From Candidatus Chisholmbacteria bacterium RIFCSPHIGHO2_01_FULL_52_32 (GTDB taxonomy: Bacteria > Patescibacteriota > Microgenomatia > UBA1400 > Chisholmbacteraceae): 38,367 nucleotides of DNA. This document shows positions 11,402 to 21,898 of this stretch, piece after piece. How positions within the stretch are numbered: position 1 is the stretch's first letter; each line of letters starts with the position of its first letter. Both the position numbers and the translations under genes were made by a program. The notes under the pieces are model-generated. The model was not told where the DNA came from and ran no database searches. It saw only the letters and a list, made by a program, of their open reading frames with translations. The DNA lies in assembly GCA_001816585.1 (NCBI GenBank), contig MHCJ01000002.1, positions 1 through 38,367 of the forward strand, written 5' to 3'.

Positions 11402-13681
11402 ATGAAAATCATCAAAGAACTTTTCAAACGCCTCATTCCTCCGCTAGTCCTGGTTCTCCTACCCATCCTCCTTTTCAATAAAATTGTGCTTGGCAATGTC
11501 ATGCTGGTGACTGGAGATTTTTCCGGAAGCGACCTGTTGGACCTCAACCTTCCCTTCAAAGAAACCCTCCACACCACTATTCCCAAAGGCAACCTGCCTA
11601 TCTGGGAACCCAATTTGTCGCTCGGATTTCCCATCCTCGCGGAAGGACAAATCGGAGTCTTCTACCCCCCAAACGCGATCCTTTCCTTCCTCCCCTCCCA
11701 TCTTGCCCTCATGGGAAGCATCATCCTTGCCTACATCCTCGCCGGTCTGTTTACCTATGGGTATGCCAAAAGCCTCAAGTTTAACCGGTTTTCTGCCTTC
11801 ATTACGGCAATCACCTTTGCCTTCTCCGCCTTCTTCATCACCCGCGTGAAGCACGTCAACATGATCACCGTCTCTGCCTGGCTCCCCTTCCTTTTTTGGG
11901 CGACAAAAAAACTCTTTCAAAGAAAAAACCCGCTCTACGCCTTGGCAATCGGGATCGGTATTGCCCTCCAAGTTCTTGCCGGCCACCCGGAAATGACGTT
12001 CTTTATCCTCTTCGTCTTTCTCATCTACGCTGTCTATGAATTCCTCTTTGCGGTAAAGATAAGCGGGCTCTCCCCAACCCTGCCTCTGGCCGCTATCAGT
12101 CTCTTGATAATAATAACCACATCACTCGGACTTTCTGCCGTTCAAATTCTACCTTCACTGGAGTTCACCGGCCTTTCGGAGCGCACCGAATTTACCGAAC
12201 AGACCGCCACTGCCTATCCCTACAATCCGAAAAACCTCGTCACCCTCATCTCTCCGTACTACTTCGGAAACCCAGCCTCAGGTTCTTATTCACAAGACAT
12301 TCGGATCATGGGAATTTTTTGGGAAAACGCCTCGTACGCCGGTCTCCTCCCGATCATCCTTGCGTTTTGGGTAATCGTAACCACGGTGAAGAGAAAATCC
12401 CGCAATTCCGCCCTCCTCTTCTTTATCGGGCTGGCCGCCGTTTCCCTGCTACTGATGATGGGAAGAAATACCCCGCTCTTCGGAACCCTCTGGAACCTTG
12501 TCCCCGGCTTCCAGCTCTTCCGCTTTCCCAACCGTTTCAACCTCTTTCTCATCTTTTCAATCGCCGTTCTTGCCGGTTCCGGTGCCAACGACCTCATAAA
12601 AAGACTCAAATCCATCCGGGTTAAGCCCCAAGGGAAAACTACCGAAAGTTTCCGCTTTTCCTGGCCCTTGAAAACTCTTCCTACAGAGCTTCTGATCGCG
12701 GGCTTGATTGTACTTGACCAATTCGTGTTCGCCTCATCATATTTCGGCTATCTTCCCCTGGACAAACTCAATAATCAGCCGGAGATCGCCGCGCGTTTAC
12801 GCAAGGACGATGGGATTTTCAGAATGTACAGCCTCACCCAATACGGCCAAAGCCCGTACGCACTAGGCTGGAAGAATAACGAGAACACCATCGTGCCGAT
12901 CCGCGAAGCACTCCCTCCTAATACCAACCTTATCTATAACCTCGCATCGTTCTCTGACCGGTCTTGGTTTGAAGGGGGCTTGGGTACCAAAAGACGAAAC
13001 CGCCTTGAAAACTTCCTGCTTCGGGAAAATCAGAATGCGGCCTTAATCGGAAAGCTGTTGGGAATGTTCAATGTCAAGTACATCATCAGCTTCGCCGACT
13101 GGATGGGAATCGAAATCCAACCGATTGAGGAGTATGGCTTGGGGGATCAGTACGCCACAACGCTCAAACTCTTCGAAAACCTGCAAGTGATGTCGCGGGT
13201 CTTTTACGTTCCTTCAGCCGAGGTGATCAAAGGCGAAGAAAAGGTATTTACGAAGCTCAAAGACCTCGAGTTCAATCCGACGACGAGCGTCATCCTTGAG
13301 GAAGACCCGCGTGAACTTCCCCCCGCCTTCTTCGGCGCGCTCGACGAATTCCAGGCTCGGAATCCCGTCGTCATAAAAAGCATGTCAGACACCGAGGTCG
13401 TCATCGAGTCAGCCATCACCAGCCACGGTTTCCTCGTCCTTTCAGATCTTTACTATCCCGGTTGGAAAGCCACGGTGGACGGCAAAGAAGTGAAAATCTT
13501 CAGGGCAAACTACCTCGTCCGCGCCCTCGAGCTTGACCCCGGCACCCACATCATCCGCTTCTTCTACGACCCCCTCTCCTTCAAGCTAGGAGCAACAATC
13601 TCCGCCGCCACGTTGGTAATAATCCTGATCACCGTTTTGCTTGCAGGCCTCCTTTTTCTCATAAGGAAAAAAAGGCGCTAG
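11402..13681 (+). CDS. YfhO-family membrane protein (GT-C-type glycosyltransferase)
   Basis: 759 aa. Polytopic N-terminal part (..DLLDLNLPFKETLHTTIPKGNLPIWEPNLSLGFPILAEGQIGVFYP..). The C-terminal signature is ..LSDLYYPGWKATVDGKEVKIFRANYLVRALELDPGTHIIRFFYDP.., followed by a terminal TM and basic tail. Confidence 0.8.
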   Translation: MKIIKELFKRLIPPLVLVLLPILLFNKIVLGNVMLVTGDFSGSDLLDLNLPFKETLHTTIPKGNLPIWEPNLSLGFPILAEGQIGVFYPPNAILSFLPSHLALMGSIILAYILAGLFTYGYAKSLKFNRFSAFITAITFAFSAFFITRVKHVNMITVSAWLPFLFWATKKLFQRKNPLYALAIGIGIALQVLAGHPEMTFFILFVFLIYAVYEFLFAVKISGLSPTLPLAAISLLIIITTSLGLSAVQILPSLEFTGLSERTEFTEQTATAYPYNPKNLVTLISPYYFGNPASGSYSQDIRIMGIFWENASYAGLLPIILAFWVIVTTVKRKSRNSALLFFIGLAAVSLLLMMGRNTPLFGTLWNLVPGFQLFRFPNRFNLFLIFSIAVLAGSGANDLIKRLKSIRVKPQGKTTESFRFSWPLKTLPTELLIAGLIVLDQFVFASSYFGYLPLDKLNNQPEIAARLRKDDGIFRMYSLTQYGQSPYALGWKNNENTIVPIREALPPNTNLIYNLASFSDRSWFEGGLGTKRRNRLENFLLRENQNAALIGKLLGMFNVKYIISFADWMGIEIQPIEEYGLGDQYATTLKLFENLQVMSRVFYVPSAEVIKGEEKVFTKLKDLEFNPTTSVILEEDPRELPPAFFGALDEFQARNPVVIKSMSDTEVVIESAITSHGFLVLSDLYYPGWKATVDGKEVKIFRANYLVRALELDPGTHIIRFFYDPLSFKLGATISAATLVIILITVLLAGLLFLIRKKRR

Positions 13682-15933
13682 TCTCCTCCCTCTACCTTGC
13701 CTAAGCTCCCCCCCTTCCGCTTCCCCCTTGTCCCAGCCATCACCAACACCACTGTTCCAATCGCCATAGCGACCGCTGTGCCAACGGTTACCCACAGTCC
13801 CCACCGGAAGCTTGTGGGCTCGTACCGAAAAACCACGTCATGTTCTCCCTCCGAAAGTCTGACAGCCCGAAACAGATAGTCAGCCCGAAAAATCCTCTCC
13901 TCCCTTCCATCTACGTACGCCCTCCAACCGGGGTAGTAGGTATCCGTCAGCACCAGCATTGCCGGCCTCCCGATTCGGACCGTCATCGCAATCTCCCTGC
14001 CTGCTTTCCTCCGTTCGATCTCCCCGATGGCATCCCCTTCTTCCATCCCACGATCAGCATCCGACTCAAGCGGAATTGCTTCCCCTTCAAGCAAAACCGT
14101 TTCAATGGGATCGAAATCTTGAGACAGAAGCTCCGAAAGAACCTGCGCACCATCGGCAAATGCTCGCGACCGGTAAACCAGAAAGGCATTCGGCAACACC
14201 TCGCGGTTTGCATAGACCCGAAACACCGGTGATATTTCCTTTGCCGTCGTCCCAACCAGGTCCAAAGCCTCCTCATCGATCGCAAACGGAGACACAAGAT
14301 ACTTCACTCCCAACAGGTTAAGGAGCCGTACCCTAGTTGCATCAAACTTCTTTGGCTCCCCCTCTCCGTACAGGATACTGGCGAGAAGATCATCAAGTTC
14401 ACTCGTCCGCTGTAGCCGAAACGCCATCACCCCGCTTGCCTGATTAAGGCCGTAATAAAGATTTGTCTTAGGCATCACCCAGTTTAATAGATGCCGGTAT
14501 GAACCTAAATCACCCGACCATCCCCGCTCTTTTTTCCGGGCCTGAAAGTACACGTTCTCCTCATTCTCCTGCATGAGCCCCACATTGAGTATCCTGAAAA
14601 ATGAAGCGTCTTGTTTGAGGATCTTGACCGTCTCGGGTTCTTTGAGCCACTCCCGTGCCGCATACGTGCGGTTAAAGGAAAATCCGTAGTGAAACAGGTC
14701 CGCCACCGTCACGGACAGGAATATCGCGGTAATGATTCTCCGCTTTCCCGAAAATTTCTCAAGAAGGTTATCCAACCCAAAACCGGAAAGAACCGCAAAA
14801 GAGAACGTCGTAAAATACAGGAAGCGCGCCGGAATCCGGAAAAAATGAAACGGAGGCAACAAAAGAAAACCCTTGAGCGGTCCCACTCCTCCGGCTGCCA
14901 AAATCAGAGACATGATAAGTAAGAAATAGAAGAACACCTGATGGCTGTTCCTTACCTTACTAAGCGAGACGAAAGCCAGGAAAAGCGCGGCAATCCCCAC
15001 ATAGACGATATTTTCCCAATAGATTCCCTTGGCCTCAAACGGCGGGTTATGCGTGAATGTAACGGAAGTCCCGTAGTAATTCGGCCACACAAAAGTGACG
15101 AGCTCTTGTAAATGAAACGGGTGCTCGTTGATCGCCTCAGGTCTCAATCCCGCTGCACGCTCTGACTGCGAAACGTACTCAAGGGTAGGCAAAATCTGAA
15201 CAGCCGAAAGTCCCATTGCTAATATCAGCGCCAGTGGAAATGCCGCAATCGGAAACACCGACGGCTTCTGCTTCATTCCAGAAAACCAGGTTCGAAAGAC
15301 GACATAGACGAGGCAAACGAAAACGCTGTACAGGAAAAACTGCGCCTGCCCGGCCAGCAACTGGAAGCTAAACACCACTCCCAGAGCAATAACGTACTTC
15401 GGATCGGCTTTGCGTACCAATTTCTCGATGAGAATTAGCTCAAGAGGGAACCAAACCATGCTGTCAATCGAGATAATCTGCGCAATATGGGTAACGAGAT
15501 ACCCCGAAAAGGTGAAGGCCAGGGCCGACAGCATCGAGCCGCTTCGGGATAATCCCACCATCCTGCAGTAAAAATAGGTGGCAAGTCCCGCCAGAAGAAA
15601 GCCGAAGGCAAGGTCAACGTGGAACGCCAAAATCGGAGGCAGGAGCCAGTAGAGGAGAAGGTTCACCGGATAAAGCGCCGCAATGGTCGTCTCCGCAAGT
15701 AGTGGATAGCCGCCATAGAGCGAATCGGTCCAGAGCGGAAGATGTCCCGCTTTGAGTTGCTCGGAGAGGTACCACCGCAGCGGCAACCCCCCAGTCGTAA
15801 TCTCCCCGACTCCCAGATTCGGCGTCACATACAACTCTCCCAGAAAAAGCGTTCGTGCAAAGAACACGCCGACTAATAAAAGGAGGATAACAATCGGCCA
15901 AAAGTCTTTGAGGATACCTAGAAGCTTCTTCAT
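13678..15933 (-). CDS. YfhO-family membrane protein (GT-C-type glycosyltransferase)
   Basis: Start taken at ATG 15933 (MKKLLGILKDFWP..), just after the upstream gene's stop at 15938-15940. C-terminal signature: TDTYYPGWRAYVDGREERIFRADYLFRAVRLSEGEHDVVFRYEP. Confidence 0.8.
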   Translation of the reverse strand: MKKLLGILKDFWPIVILLLLVGVFFARTLFLGELYVTPNLGVGEITTGGLPLRWYLSEQLKAGHLPLWTDSLYGGYPLLAETTIAALYPVNLLLYWLLPPILAFHVDLAFGFLLAGLATYFYCRMVGLSRSGSMLSALAFTFSGYLVTHIAQIISIDSMVWFPLELILIEKLVRKADPKYVIALGVVFSFQLLAGQAQFFLYSVFVCLVYVVFRTWFSGMKQKPSVFPIAAFPLALILAMGLSAVQILPTLEYVSQSERAAGLRPEAINEHPFHLQELVTFVWPNYYGTSVTFTHNPPFEAKGIYWENIVYVGIAALFLAFVSLSKVRNSHQVFFYFLLIMSLILAAGGVGPLKGFLLLPPFHFFRIPARFLYFTTFSFAVLSGFGLDNLLEKFSGKRRIITAIFLSVTVADLFHYGFSFNRTYAAREWLKEPETVKILKQDASFFRILNVGLMQENEENVYFQARKKERGWSGDLGSYRHLLNWVMPKTNLYYGLNQASGVMAFRLQRTSELDDLLASILYGEGEPKKFDATRVRLLNLLGVKYLVSPFAIDEEALDLVGTTAKEISPVFRVYANREVLPNAFLVYRSRAFADGAQVLSELLSQDFDPIETVLLEGEAIPLESDADRGMEEGDAIGEIERRKAGREIAMTVRIGRPAMLVLTDTYYPGWRAYVDGREERIFRADYLFRAVRLSEGEHDVVFRYEPTSFRWGLWVTVGTAVAMAIGTVVLVMAGTRGKRKGGSLGKVEGGD

Positions 15934-15937
15934 CGTA

Positions 15938-16768
15938 TTATCGTGCAAAGAGCCGAATAAACGCCAGTTTCCCGAGAAAATAACCAACTGATTTCGCCTG
16001 AACAAACAGGCTTTCAAATCTATTCATCGGGTGCCGTTCGGCGTACTCAGCCTGGAGCAATTGGTGCTCGGAGATCGATCGCTTGAGAAGTTTCGTCGTC
16101 CCGGCTGACTTGTGAATGCGGAAAGAAAAAAGAGTTTTGTCAATGGAATACCCGTCACCATGCTCAAGAAGCTGGATCCAAAAATCCAAATCCGCCATAT
16201 GCCGAAACTTCTCCACCCTGAAGTGTAAACGTCCGGCCTCTACAACGCTCATTCGAAACATCGTCCCGCTCGGCTCTCCGATGGGATTGCGGGCACTCGA
16301 AAGAATAGTCCTCACTAGCCTTCTTCCCTGAATTCTCTGACTTCGATTAGAAAATCTTCTCGTAACAAGCCTCCTCCCCACAGAGTCAACCACCTCGCTT
16401 GAACCAAATACCAGGGAAACCCCCGGAAACCGCTCCAAAACCGCCACTTGCTCCTCAAGGCATTTCGGCGCCAACACATCATCCGCACAAAGTATCTTTA
16501 TATAAGGTGTATTTGAAAGGGCAAGACAACGGTTCAAGTTCTGATACAATCCCAGGTTCTCCCGATTCCGATGGATGGCTACCCGAGGATCAGCATAGCG
16601 CTTCAGGGCCTTAAGCGTCCCATCGGTCGAGCCGTCATCAACCACCAGAATTACGAAATCCCGATAGTCCTGCCGAAACACGCTCTCAATCGCCTCCCCG
16701 ATATAGCGCTCTTCATTAAAACAGGGGATACAGACGGTAAGCTTCGCGGTATGTCCCATCGCCGCCAT
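15938..16768 (-). CDS. Family-2 glycosyltransferase (soluble)
   Basis: ..CIPCFNEERYIGEAIESVFRQDYRDFVILVVDDGSTDGT.. and ..ILCADDVL.. (DxD-type). Confidence 0.85.
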   Translation of the reverse strand: MAAMGHTAKLTVCIPCFNEERYIGEAIESVFRQDYRDFVILVVDDGSTDGTLKALKRYADPRVAIHRNRENLGLYQNLNRCLALSNTPYIKILCADDVLAPKCLEEQVAVLERFPGVSLVFGSSEVVDSVGRRLVTRRFSNRSQRIQGRRLVRTILSSARNPIGEPSGTMFRMSVVEAGRLHFRVEKFRHMADLDFWIQLLEHGDGYSIDKTLFSFRIHKSAGTTKLLKRSISEHQLLQAEYAERHPMNRFESLFVQAKSVGYFLGKLAFIRLFAR

Positions 16769-16845
16769 CGTATCACATAGCGTTCAAGTTATGTCTCCAT
16801 CCCTATCAACTGCTGTTCGATTATGCTATACAACGCACAGAGGGT

Positions 16846-17436
16846 ATGCTTGATCTCGTTCTCTATGTACTCGAGAAGTTCTTCCGAAACCTCGCAGACT
16901 TCCTTCACGGAATCCGTCTGTTACAGAGGAAACCGCCGGAGAAGTTTTCGAAGCCGTTGCGCCTGGATCTGGGTATCGGCCTGTCAAAACCACCGGGATT
17001 CGTCGGCATCGACATCGCACTGTTACCGAGGGTCGACCTCATTCACGATCTTGAGACAGGCCTTCCTTTCCCCGATAGTTCGGTCAGGGAAATCCGCGCC
17101 TCCCATACGCTCGAGCACTTACCCCACAGGACGATTCCCACCCTACTGAGGGAGTGTTTCCGGGTATTGGAGCCCGGTGGGAAGATAACGATCAAGGTCC
17201 CCGATCTTGAAAAGGTGATGAGAAGCTTTCTCAAGCTCAATGAGGAGAAGCGTTGGAAAGAAGCCTGGGAATGGATCTTCGGAAGTCAATCACGCAAAGG
17301 TCAATTCCACAAAACCGGCTTTACCAAACCAAGGCTCCGCAGACTCCTCAACGAATCAGGCTTTGCCGATATTACAATCGCAAACTACCGAACCGGAGTC
17401 AGATCGTCGCTTTCTGCCACCGCAACCAAACACTAA
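16846..17436 (+). CDS. Class I SAM-dependent methyltransferase
   Basis: ..LDLGIGLSKPPGFVGID.. (motif I-like), ..PFPDSSVREIRASHTLEHL.. and ..RVLEPGGKITIKVPD.. (Methyltransf_11-like). Confidence 0.7.
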   Translation: MLDLVLYVLEKFFRNLADFLHGIRLLQRKPPEKFSKPLRLDLGIGLSKPPGFVGIDIALLPRVDLIHDLETGLPFPDSSVREIRASHTLEHLPHRTIPTLLRECFRVLEPGGKITIKVPDLEKVMRSFLKLNEEKRWKEAWEWIFGSQSRKGQFHKTGFTKPRLRRLLNESGFADITIANYRTGVRSSLSATATKH

Positions 17437-17565
17437 ACGCTATGCCCTAAGCTCTAAACGCTATTTGCCATTTGCTATGAACATTCTCGTCACCCAGCAC
17501 CAGACTCCTGTTTCTTCGATGACGGCAGGGATGTTATTCAACCTACTTAATCCAGAACAGATCAT

Positions 17566-18546
17566 ATGAGAATCTTAGTAACCGGTGGTGCTGGGTTCAT
17601 CGGTACCAACCTCTGCCTTGCCGCCAGGAAAAAAGGCATCAAAGTCCTCGGCATCGACAATCTCTCCAAACGCTCAAGCACAAAGAATCTCCCTCTCCTC
17701 ACCAAAGCCGGTGTCCGCTTCATCCGCGCTGATCTCAGAAAACCCCTTCAATCGCTTGGAAACGTTGACACCATCATTCACCTCGCCGCCCACTGCTCAA
17801 CTCCGCGAAGTTTCCGAAAACCCGTGTCCGATTTTCTCGACAATGCCCTAGGAACACTAAATGTGCTCGAATATGCCAGAAAGCGTGGAAAAATTCCGGT
17901 GATCTATGCCTCAACAATCAAGGTCTATTCGGACACCGTAAACCGCCTCCCGATAAAAGCTACCCGCACCAGATACACCCTGCTGAAAGAAAAAACCATC
18001 GACGAACGGTTCCCGATCGAACCCGGCAGCCATTCTCCGTATGGCTGTTCAAAGTACGCCGGCGATCTCTATTGCCAAGAGTACTGGCAAAGCTTTGGCG
18101 TGCCGACGGTCGTGAATCGACTCTCAACGGTCTTCGGCCCGCACCAACACGGCAGCGAAGAAGCCGGTTGGATCTTCCATTTCGTCAATTCCAAAAAGCA
18201 AAGTCAGCCGGTCACCGTCTTCGGCACCGGCAAACAGGTCCGCGATGCCCTCTGGGTTGACGATCTCACTGGACTACTCCTCAAACAAATAGACAAGATT
18301 GAAAAAGTCAAAGGCAACGTCTACAATGTCGGCGGCGGGAACAAAAATTCCCTCTCGCTTCTTGAGCTCATCGACAGACTCAACAGGAAAGGCGGCAAAC
18401 CGCTGGCGGTGAAATTTGACAAGACAAGACGTTCGGATCTGAAAGTGTTTATCTGCAACCTGTCAAAAATCAAACGGGATCTCCGGTGGCAACCAACCAC
18501 CGATGTCTGGACAGGCATTGACACGCTCTATCAAGAGCTACCATGA
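17566..18546 (+). CDS. NAD-dependent epimerase/dehydratase (extended SDR)
   Basis: MRILVTGGAGFIGTNL (GxxGxxG) and YGCSKYAGD (YxxxK). Confidence 0.85.
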   Translation: MRILVTGGAGFIGTNLCLAARKKGIKVLGIDNLSKRSSTKNLPLLTKAGVRFIRADLRKPLQSLGNVDTIIHLAAHCSTPRSFRKPVSDFLDNALGTLNVLEYARKRGKIPVIYASTIKVYSDTVNRLPIKATRTRYTLLKEKTIDERFPIEPGSHSPYGCSKYAGDLYCQEYWQSFGVPTVVNRLSTVFGPHQHGSEEAGWIFHFVNSKKQSQPVTVFGTGKQVRDALWVDDLTGLLLKQIDKIEKVKGNVYNVGGGNKNSLSLLELIDRLNRKGGKPLAVKFDKTRRSDLKVFICNLSKIKRDLRWQPTTDVWTGIDTLYQELP

Positions 18547-18708
18547 ATAATACAGATATTCACGGTGAGGACAGCCAATTTTCGCAAGCTGCGATGGCCA
18601 GGCTATAAGCCTGGTTAAACAGGCACGTCTACAGAGAACTTGCACCGAAACCTTCAGCAGCCAAGAAAATTGTTGCTGCCCGAACCGCGGGGACTAAAAT
18701 TGAACCTT

Positions 18709-19668
18709 ATGAAAATTCTCGTCACCGGCGGCAACGGCTTCATCGGTTCCCATGTCGTCGATAACCTCCTTCTTAAAAACCATGAGGTAACGGTTTTCGA
18801 CCGCTTTAAGAAAGTTCCCCCGCGTTGGAAAAACGTGAACCAGTACACCGCCGATATCAAAGACGCCGAAAGCCTTTTCGACGCCGTCGCGAAGCACGAT
18901 TGCGTCATCCACCTTGCCGGCCTCCTCGGAACCGCAGAGTCCGTTTCGACCCCGAAGGAATCGGTCGACGTCAACATCGTCGGCGCTTTAAACGTCTATA
19001 ACGCCGTCAAACGCTACAAAAAACCGGCCGTAACCATCACCGTCGGCAACTACACCTGGAACAACACCTACGCCATCACCAAATACACCGCCGAGCGCTT
19101 CGCCCTGATGTACAACCGGGAGTTCGATACCAAAATCGCCATCGTGAGAGGCTTAAACGTCTACGGACAGCGCCAAAAACATGCTCCGGTGAAAAAAGTC
19201 ATCCCCAACTTCATCCTCAACGCGTTGAAGAACAAACCCATAGCCATCTACGGCGACGGCGAACAACTCTTGGACCTCATCTACGTCAAAGACACGGCTG
19301 AAATCATCGTCCGGGCCCTCCTGGTCAATCACAACCTCTACAATACGGTCGTTGAAGCCGGAAGCGGTGAAACGGTCTCGGTCAACGAACTCGCCGGACT
19401 TATCATTAAGCTCGCAAACAGTAAAAGCCAGGTACAGCACCTTCCCATGCGCTCCGGAGAACCTCTGCGCAGCATCACCCTCGGCGATCCCTCAACCCTC
19501 CAGCCCCTCGCCTTCCGCACCCAGGATTTCACCCCCTTGGAAAAAGGGCTGAAGCGTACGATCGCTTGGTACAAGAAGGAATACCTCCCCCGCCTTGATT
19601 CCGAAACCCCAAGCATCCAAACAAGACGACCGAAAACCAAGCGAAGCTCAGCAAGAAAACGAAGTTAA
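18709..19668 (+). CDS. NAD-dependent epimerase/dehydratase (extended SDR)
   Basis: Start taken at ATG 18709 (MKILVTGGNGFIGSHV). YAITKYTAE provides YxxxK. Confidence 0.85.
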   Translation: MKILVTGGNGFIGSHVVDNLLLKNHEVTVFDRFKKVPPRWKNVNQYTADIKDAESLFDAVAKHDCVIHLAGLLGTAESVSTPKESVDVNIVGALNVYNAVKRYKKPAVTITVGNYTWNNTYAITKYTAERFALMYNREFDTKIAIVRGLNVYGQRQKHAPVKKVIPNFILNALKNKPIAIYGDGEQLLDLIYVKDTAEIIVRALLVNHNLYNTVVEAGSGETVSVNELAGLIIKLANSKSQVQHLPMRSGEPLRSITLGDPSTLQPLAFRTQDFTPLEKGLKRTIAWYKKEYLPRLDSETPSIQTRRPKTKRSSARKRS

Positions 19669-19688
19669 GCCTGCAGCCCACACTCTCC

Positions 19689-21845
19689 TCACGATCTCTT
19701 CCGTTTTTCCTGAGCTTTCTTCCGAAGACGGCCTGAAGCGGCCCGCCAAAGCCCGAACAACATAACGGCAGCAAAGACAACCAAGGATCCGGCGCTGACC
19801 GCAACGCCCCGAAAGAAATCCCTCGGCACATAGCGAAATTCGATGGTATTTTCCCCAGGGGGAACGACCACCGCCCGCTGATCGACATTCGCGGGCAGAA
19901 TCTCCGTCTCAACACCGTTAATTGTCGCCTCCCACGCCGGATAAAAACTATCAGCCACCACCAGCAAGGCTTTCTTGTCCGTGTTCGTCCGAAGCACCAG
20001 TCGTTGATCCAAATCTTCAAGAACTTTTATTTCTGCTCGAGACAATTCCTCAAACGACTCTCCGGGATCTGACTCAAGAATCACCGATGTTGCTAACGGA
20101 TAACCAGCTTCAATCGCCGCAACCGCCCCGTCAATACCATCAACCACCGTATAGTCGGAAACAAACCGAAACCGCTCCAAGCGCCCCGCATTTCGATAGA
20201 CAGACAGAGTCGGTAAATCATCATTCGGCGGACGGATGGTACGGGTAAGCTCCAAGTTCTCAAAATTTTCACCCACATTAGACGGAGTAATCACCCATTC
20301 CGTAGAAGTTGCCGAGATAAGCTCCTGTCTCAACTCGCCCGCAGCTTCCTGCCGCCGGGTCGCCAAACCCGCCAGCGGCCGGGTGTTGAAGCGATCAAAC
20401 ACCATGCTCAGATTCCCGTCCAAGGCATTTTTAAAATAAAGAAACGGGACCGCATCCTGCCAACCGTTTGTGAGGTACGCTTTCTTCCAGAATGTAAGAT
20501 AGGAAAGATCCGTAAAGATCCGTTGTCCCGCCGGTACCTCATAGGCCGATTCCGGTTGTTTCAGGGCTTCAGTAACCGGAACCAGGGAGTGATACGGGAA
20601 GACAAACCGCCCTACATCAACGACGGTAAGGCCCATCACCATCCACGGAAAAACTCCCACGGACACACTCTGCTTGTTGCGAAGCCTGTCCGTGATCCGG
20701 TCCAATCCCGCTCCTGCCAAAGCCGTCACCGCAAAGGTGGTAAGCAGGAGATACCGGGCGCTTCCCCGAAAGTTATTAAATACCGGTAGTGTATGCACGA
20801 AATAGAGCGGAGAACTTTCCCCCAATGCCAGAAGCAGCGAAACGACCCCCAGGACAATCATCCCCCACTCCCAGGGTTTTCTGTTCCGTTTTACCAAGGC
20901 AACGACGAGGAAAATAAGCGGCAGGATGCCGATATAGGCGGTATTTTCCCAGAATAGCCCCAATGTTGGGTCTGCCGAGTACGTCGCGTTCCTCGGAGTT
21001 CCGTAGTGCTCTGGGAAAACAAACGTCACGAGATTCCGTACGGAAAAGGGGAAAACAAATATATCTTCTGAGGTCAACCCCGCATTCCTCGTGCTTAACT
21101 TCCGAAACTCCCAAGTTTCCAGGATCTGCGGCGCCGCCAGGGCAAACCCCAAAACCAATGCCGCCACCACCCAGAAGATCCGTAGCCGACTCCCCTCCTT
21201 ACGCCTTTCGAAAAGGTGAATCCAAAAAAACAGGACAAAACCCACGAGCGTCACAACCACCCACTGGAGGTGCCCGGCAGCAATTTGTTGCCAGAGTACA
21301 AATGAAAACACGATGAACCGCCATCGTGTCGGTTTCTCCCACAAATACTCTCCGGCTAAAAACACCCAGGGCAGAAGCAAGGCTGTCTGCAAAGGTGCCA
21401 TATGGATGATCCGCGCCACGAAATATCCCCCAAAACTGAAAGAAAATCCCGAAAACAAACTCGCAACTGTGGAAAGACCCACTTTTCTGAAGAAGAGATA
21501 ACTTCCCAAAAACCCAAGGAAAAACGCCAACACGAAAGTGAGATTCCACGCCAGCCAGGCCGGAAGCAGTGAGTAGAGGGCGAGGTTCGGAAGGAAAAAC
21601 GTCCCTACCTGTCCATTGGCTTGGACCGGAAACCCGGTCCCCATTCCTTTTGCCCAGAAGGGAATCTCGCCGCGTTTGAGTGACTCACCGAGAAAATGCC
21701 TGATGGGGTAATAGACGTTCCAGATATCCGATCCGATGATCTCAACCGTGTAGATCACCTTGGGTTCTGGAAAAAACAGCCGCCAAAAAAATGCGGCCAC
21801 AATCACCAAAATCACAACTACCGGAACAAGCTTTCTCTTCACCAT
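19689..21845 (-). CDS. YfhO-family membrane protein (GT-C-type glycosyltransferase)
   Basis: 718 aa and polytopic. The C-terminal signature ADSFYPAWEATINGVETEILPANVDQRAVVVPPGENTIEFRYVP is followed by a terminal TM and basic tail. Confidence 0.75.
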   Translation of the reverse strand: MVKRKLVPVVVILVIVAAFFWRLFFPEPKVIYTVEIIGSDIWNVYYPIRHFLGESLKRGEIPFWAKGMGTGFPVQANGQVGTFFLPNLALYSLLPAWLAWNLTFVLAFFLGFLGSYLFFRKVGLSTVASLFSGFSFSFGGYFVARIIHMAPLQTALLLPWVFLAGEYLWEKPTRWRFIVFSFVLWQQIAAGHLQWVVVTLVGFVLFFWIHLFERRKEGSRLRIFWVVAALVLGFALAAPQILETWEFRKLSTRNAGLTSEDIFVFPFSVRNLVTFVFPEHYGTPRNATYSADPTLGLFWENTAYIGILPLIFLVVALVKRNRKPWEWGMIVLGVVSLLLALGESSPLYFVHTLPVFNNFRGSARYLLLTTFAVTALAGAGLDRITDRLRNKQSVSVGVFPWMVMGLTVVDVGRFVFPYHSLVPVTEALKQPESAYEVPAGQRIFTDLSYLTFWKKAYLTNGWQDAVPFLYFKNALDGNLSMVFDRFNTRPLAGLATRRQEAAGELRQELISATSTEWVITPSNVGENFENLELTRTIRPPNDDLPTLSVYRNAGRLERFRFVSDYTVVDGIDGAVAAIEAGYPLATSVILESDPGESFEELSRAEIKVLEDLDQRLVLRTNTDKKALLVVADSFYPAWEATINGVETEILPANVDQRAVVVPPGENTIEFRYVPRDFFRGVAVSAGSLVVFAAVMLFGLWRAASGRLRKKAQEKRKRS

Positions 21846-21898
21846 TTTTTTATCTCAAATTCATCGACTCTTTTATTCTCAATTCTTAAATCTTCTCC

